Of a DNA stretch of 64,000 bases, positions 62,700 through 64,000 are shown piece after piece. Within the stretch, counting starts at the first letter, position 1, and each line of letters begins with the position of its first letter. Source of the DNA: Candidatus Marinacidobacterales bacterium (lineage in GTDB: Bacteria > Acidobacteriota > Vicinamibacteria > Marinacidobacterales > DATDRI01); contig CBDCNP010000002.1 in NCBI GenBank assembly GCA_965219415.1, positions 544,001 through 608,000 on the forward strand. Reading direction: 5' to 3'. The position numbers were made by a program, and so were the translations under genes. The notes beneath the pieces were generated by a model. It did not search any database. It saw only the letters and a list, made by a program, of their open reading frames with translations, and was not told the origin of the DNA.

Positions 62700-64000
62700 T
62701 CCGTCTCCGAGAGACCGCACCTCCAGATTGGCCCCTGGAAGATCGTGGTCGACCGCCTCCAAGCGACCGCCCAGGTGTTGGGAAAGAAGCCTTCGGTGAT
62801 GGCTTGGAAAGACAGCGTGTTCTCGGCTCGAACGAAGCCATGGCCTTCGTCGGGATAGCGCACACAGGTCACCGGAAGGCGGTGCGTTTGCATCGCCCGA
62901 ACCATCTGGTCCGATTCTCTTCGCTTCACGCACGGGTCGTTCATTCCGTGGCCGATAAGGAGAGGCTTACGGATGCGACGAGCATGGAGCGCAGGTGAGC
63001 GCTCCGCGAGTTGCCGGTACTCTTTTTTGTCGCGCGGTGCGCGAAAAATTTCACCGTTCGTCAGGTCCGAGCAACCCACTAAGTCGACGCCGCAGGCAAA
63101 AAGGTCTGGTGTAAACGCGAGGCCTGAGAGTGCCGCGTAACCGCCGTAGCTCGCACCCATGATCGCGATGCGCGACTTGTCGGCAATACCGAAATCAGCT
63201 GCCCAGGTGACCGCATCGATAAGATCGTTCTGCATCGCCCCGCCCCAGAGACCCCTGCCTGCGTTCACAAAGTCCTTTCCGAAACCCGTCGAGCCTCGAA
63301 AATTCACGCTCAGCACCGCGTATCCCCGATTCGCCAACCACTGATGATCCGGGTGGTAACCCCACTCATCGCGAGCGTGGGGCCCTCCGTGGACCAGCAG
63401 GACCATGGGCAAAGGCGTTGGCGGTCGAAGCCTCTCATCGCCGAGGTCCAACCACGCCGGCAAGGTCAAGTAGCTGTTGAGCAAGAGCCCATCGCGAGCC
63501 CGGATAGCAAGCTCTCGCATGCGGGCTAGATTCACTCGCTGCAGAGCTTCCCGAGCGGCGAAGAGGAAACGCGCCCGACGGTTCGTGCGGTCGTACAAGT
63601 AGTAGCGACCCGGCTCCACGTCGGATTCGTAAGTGACGAGCCAGAGCTCACCGTCTGTTGACTGCCTCACGACTCTCAGGCGGCCATGCTTGAACAGCGA
63701 TTGCAGGTATTTCTCATCGGAGAAGGCCCCCGTCTCTTCATTTTCAACGCCTTTATCGGATGTACTCTCCTCGCGGCCGGTAGCCACATCGATCGTTTTG
63801 AAGATGGGTTGGTCACCCACTCGGCTGTCGACCACGTGCACGAGCTCACCCGTGCTGTCCACACCCAGGATCTCGATGGTGAAGGAATCCTCACAGGGAA
63901 TCGTCAGAAGAGGCGTCCACCCCTCGGAGGGGCTCACTTTGAGTACTTCCCTATCCCCGTTTCGGTAGCGAATCGCCAACCGTACGCAGTAGTCATCGTC
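62696..64000 (-). CDS. S9 family prolyl oligopeptidase / acylaminoacyl peptidase (5' end outside the window)
   Basis: VHGGP, NFRGSTGFG, GASYGG, NDPCV, YPDEGHGF catalytic motifs. Confidence 0.92.
   Translation of the reverse strand, partial: DDDYCVRLAIRYRNGDREVLKVSPSEGWTPLLTIPCEDSFTIEILGVDSTGELVHVVDSRVGDQPIFKTIDVATGREESTSDKGVENEETGAFSDEKYLQSLFKHGRLRVVRQSTDGELWLVTYESDVEPGRYYLYDRTNRRARFLFAAREALQRVNLARMRELAIRARDGLLLNSYLTLPAWLDLGDERLRPPTPLPMVLLVHGGPHARDEWGYHPDHQWLANRGYAVLSVNFRGSTGFGKDFVNAGRGLWGGAMQNDLIDAVTWAADFGIADKSRIAIMGASYGGYAALSGLAFTPDLFACGVDLVGCSDLTNGEIFRAPRDKKEYRQLAERSPALHARRIRKPLLIGHGMNDPCVKRRESDQMVRAMQTHRLPVTCVRYPDEGHGFVRAENTLSFQAITEGFFPNTWAVAWRRSTTIFQGPIWRCGLSETE

Noticed and set aside
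4280-62800. Numerous single-base frameshifts as programmed frameshifting
   Set aside because: They are scattered across unrelated genes, several at homopolymers, without consistent slippery-site/hairpin signals; long-read indel error or decay is more likely.

Overview
GC-rich bacterial genomic DNA, most consistent with Acidobacteria or a similar group (two ADOP-type ABC permeases, three PQQ-like beta-propellers, a membrane Ser/Thr kinase fusion, a TonB receptor); the taxonomy is inference. Most genes encode secreted peptidases, hydrolases and beta-propellers. (1) A ~9.8 kb accessory block (15.4-25.2 kb) carries a HigBA-like toxin-antitoxin (TA) pair, a TolB-repeat/Rhs toxin with a PD-(D/E)xK-like tip plus immunity gene, and an Xre-RES TA pair. 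It is split into two modules by three direct copies of the 3' end of the neighbouring YVTN-propeller gene, and no integrase is visible. (2) Two paralogous operons encoding an Ig-LVIVD propeller and a His-rich YVTN propeller each sit head-to-head with part of a MoxR/DUF58/VWA gene set. (3) IS activity: an IS256 end at the window start, an ISL3 nested inside an IS256 that splits a PQQ-propeller gene, and a 27-bp palindromic IS256-like footprint with an 8-bp target duplication in another PQQ-propeller gene. (4) About ten abrupt junctions join fragments of unrelated genes, and there are many single-base frameshifts (probably largely sequencing indels). All family calls come from motif recognition by eye; no database search was run.
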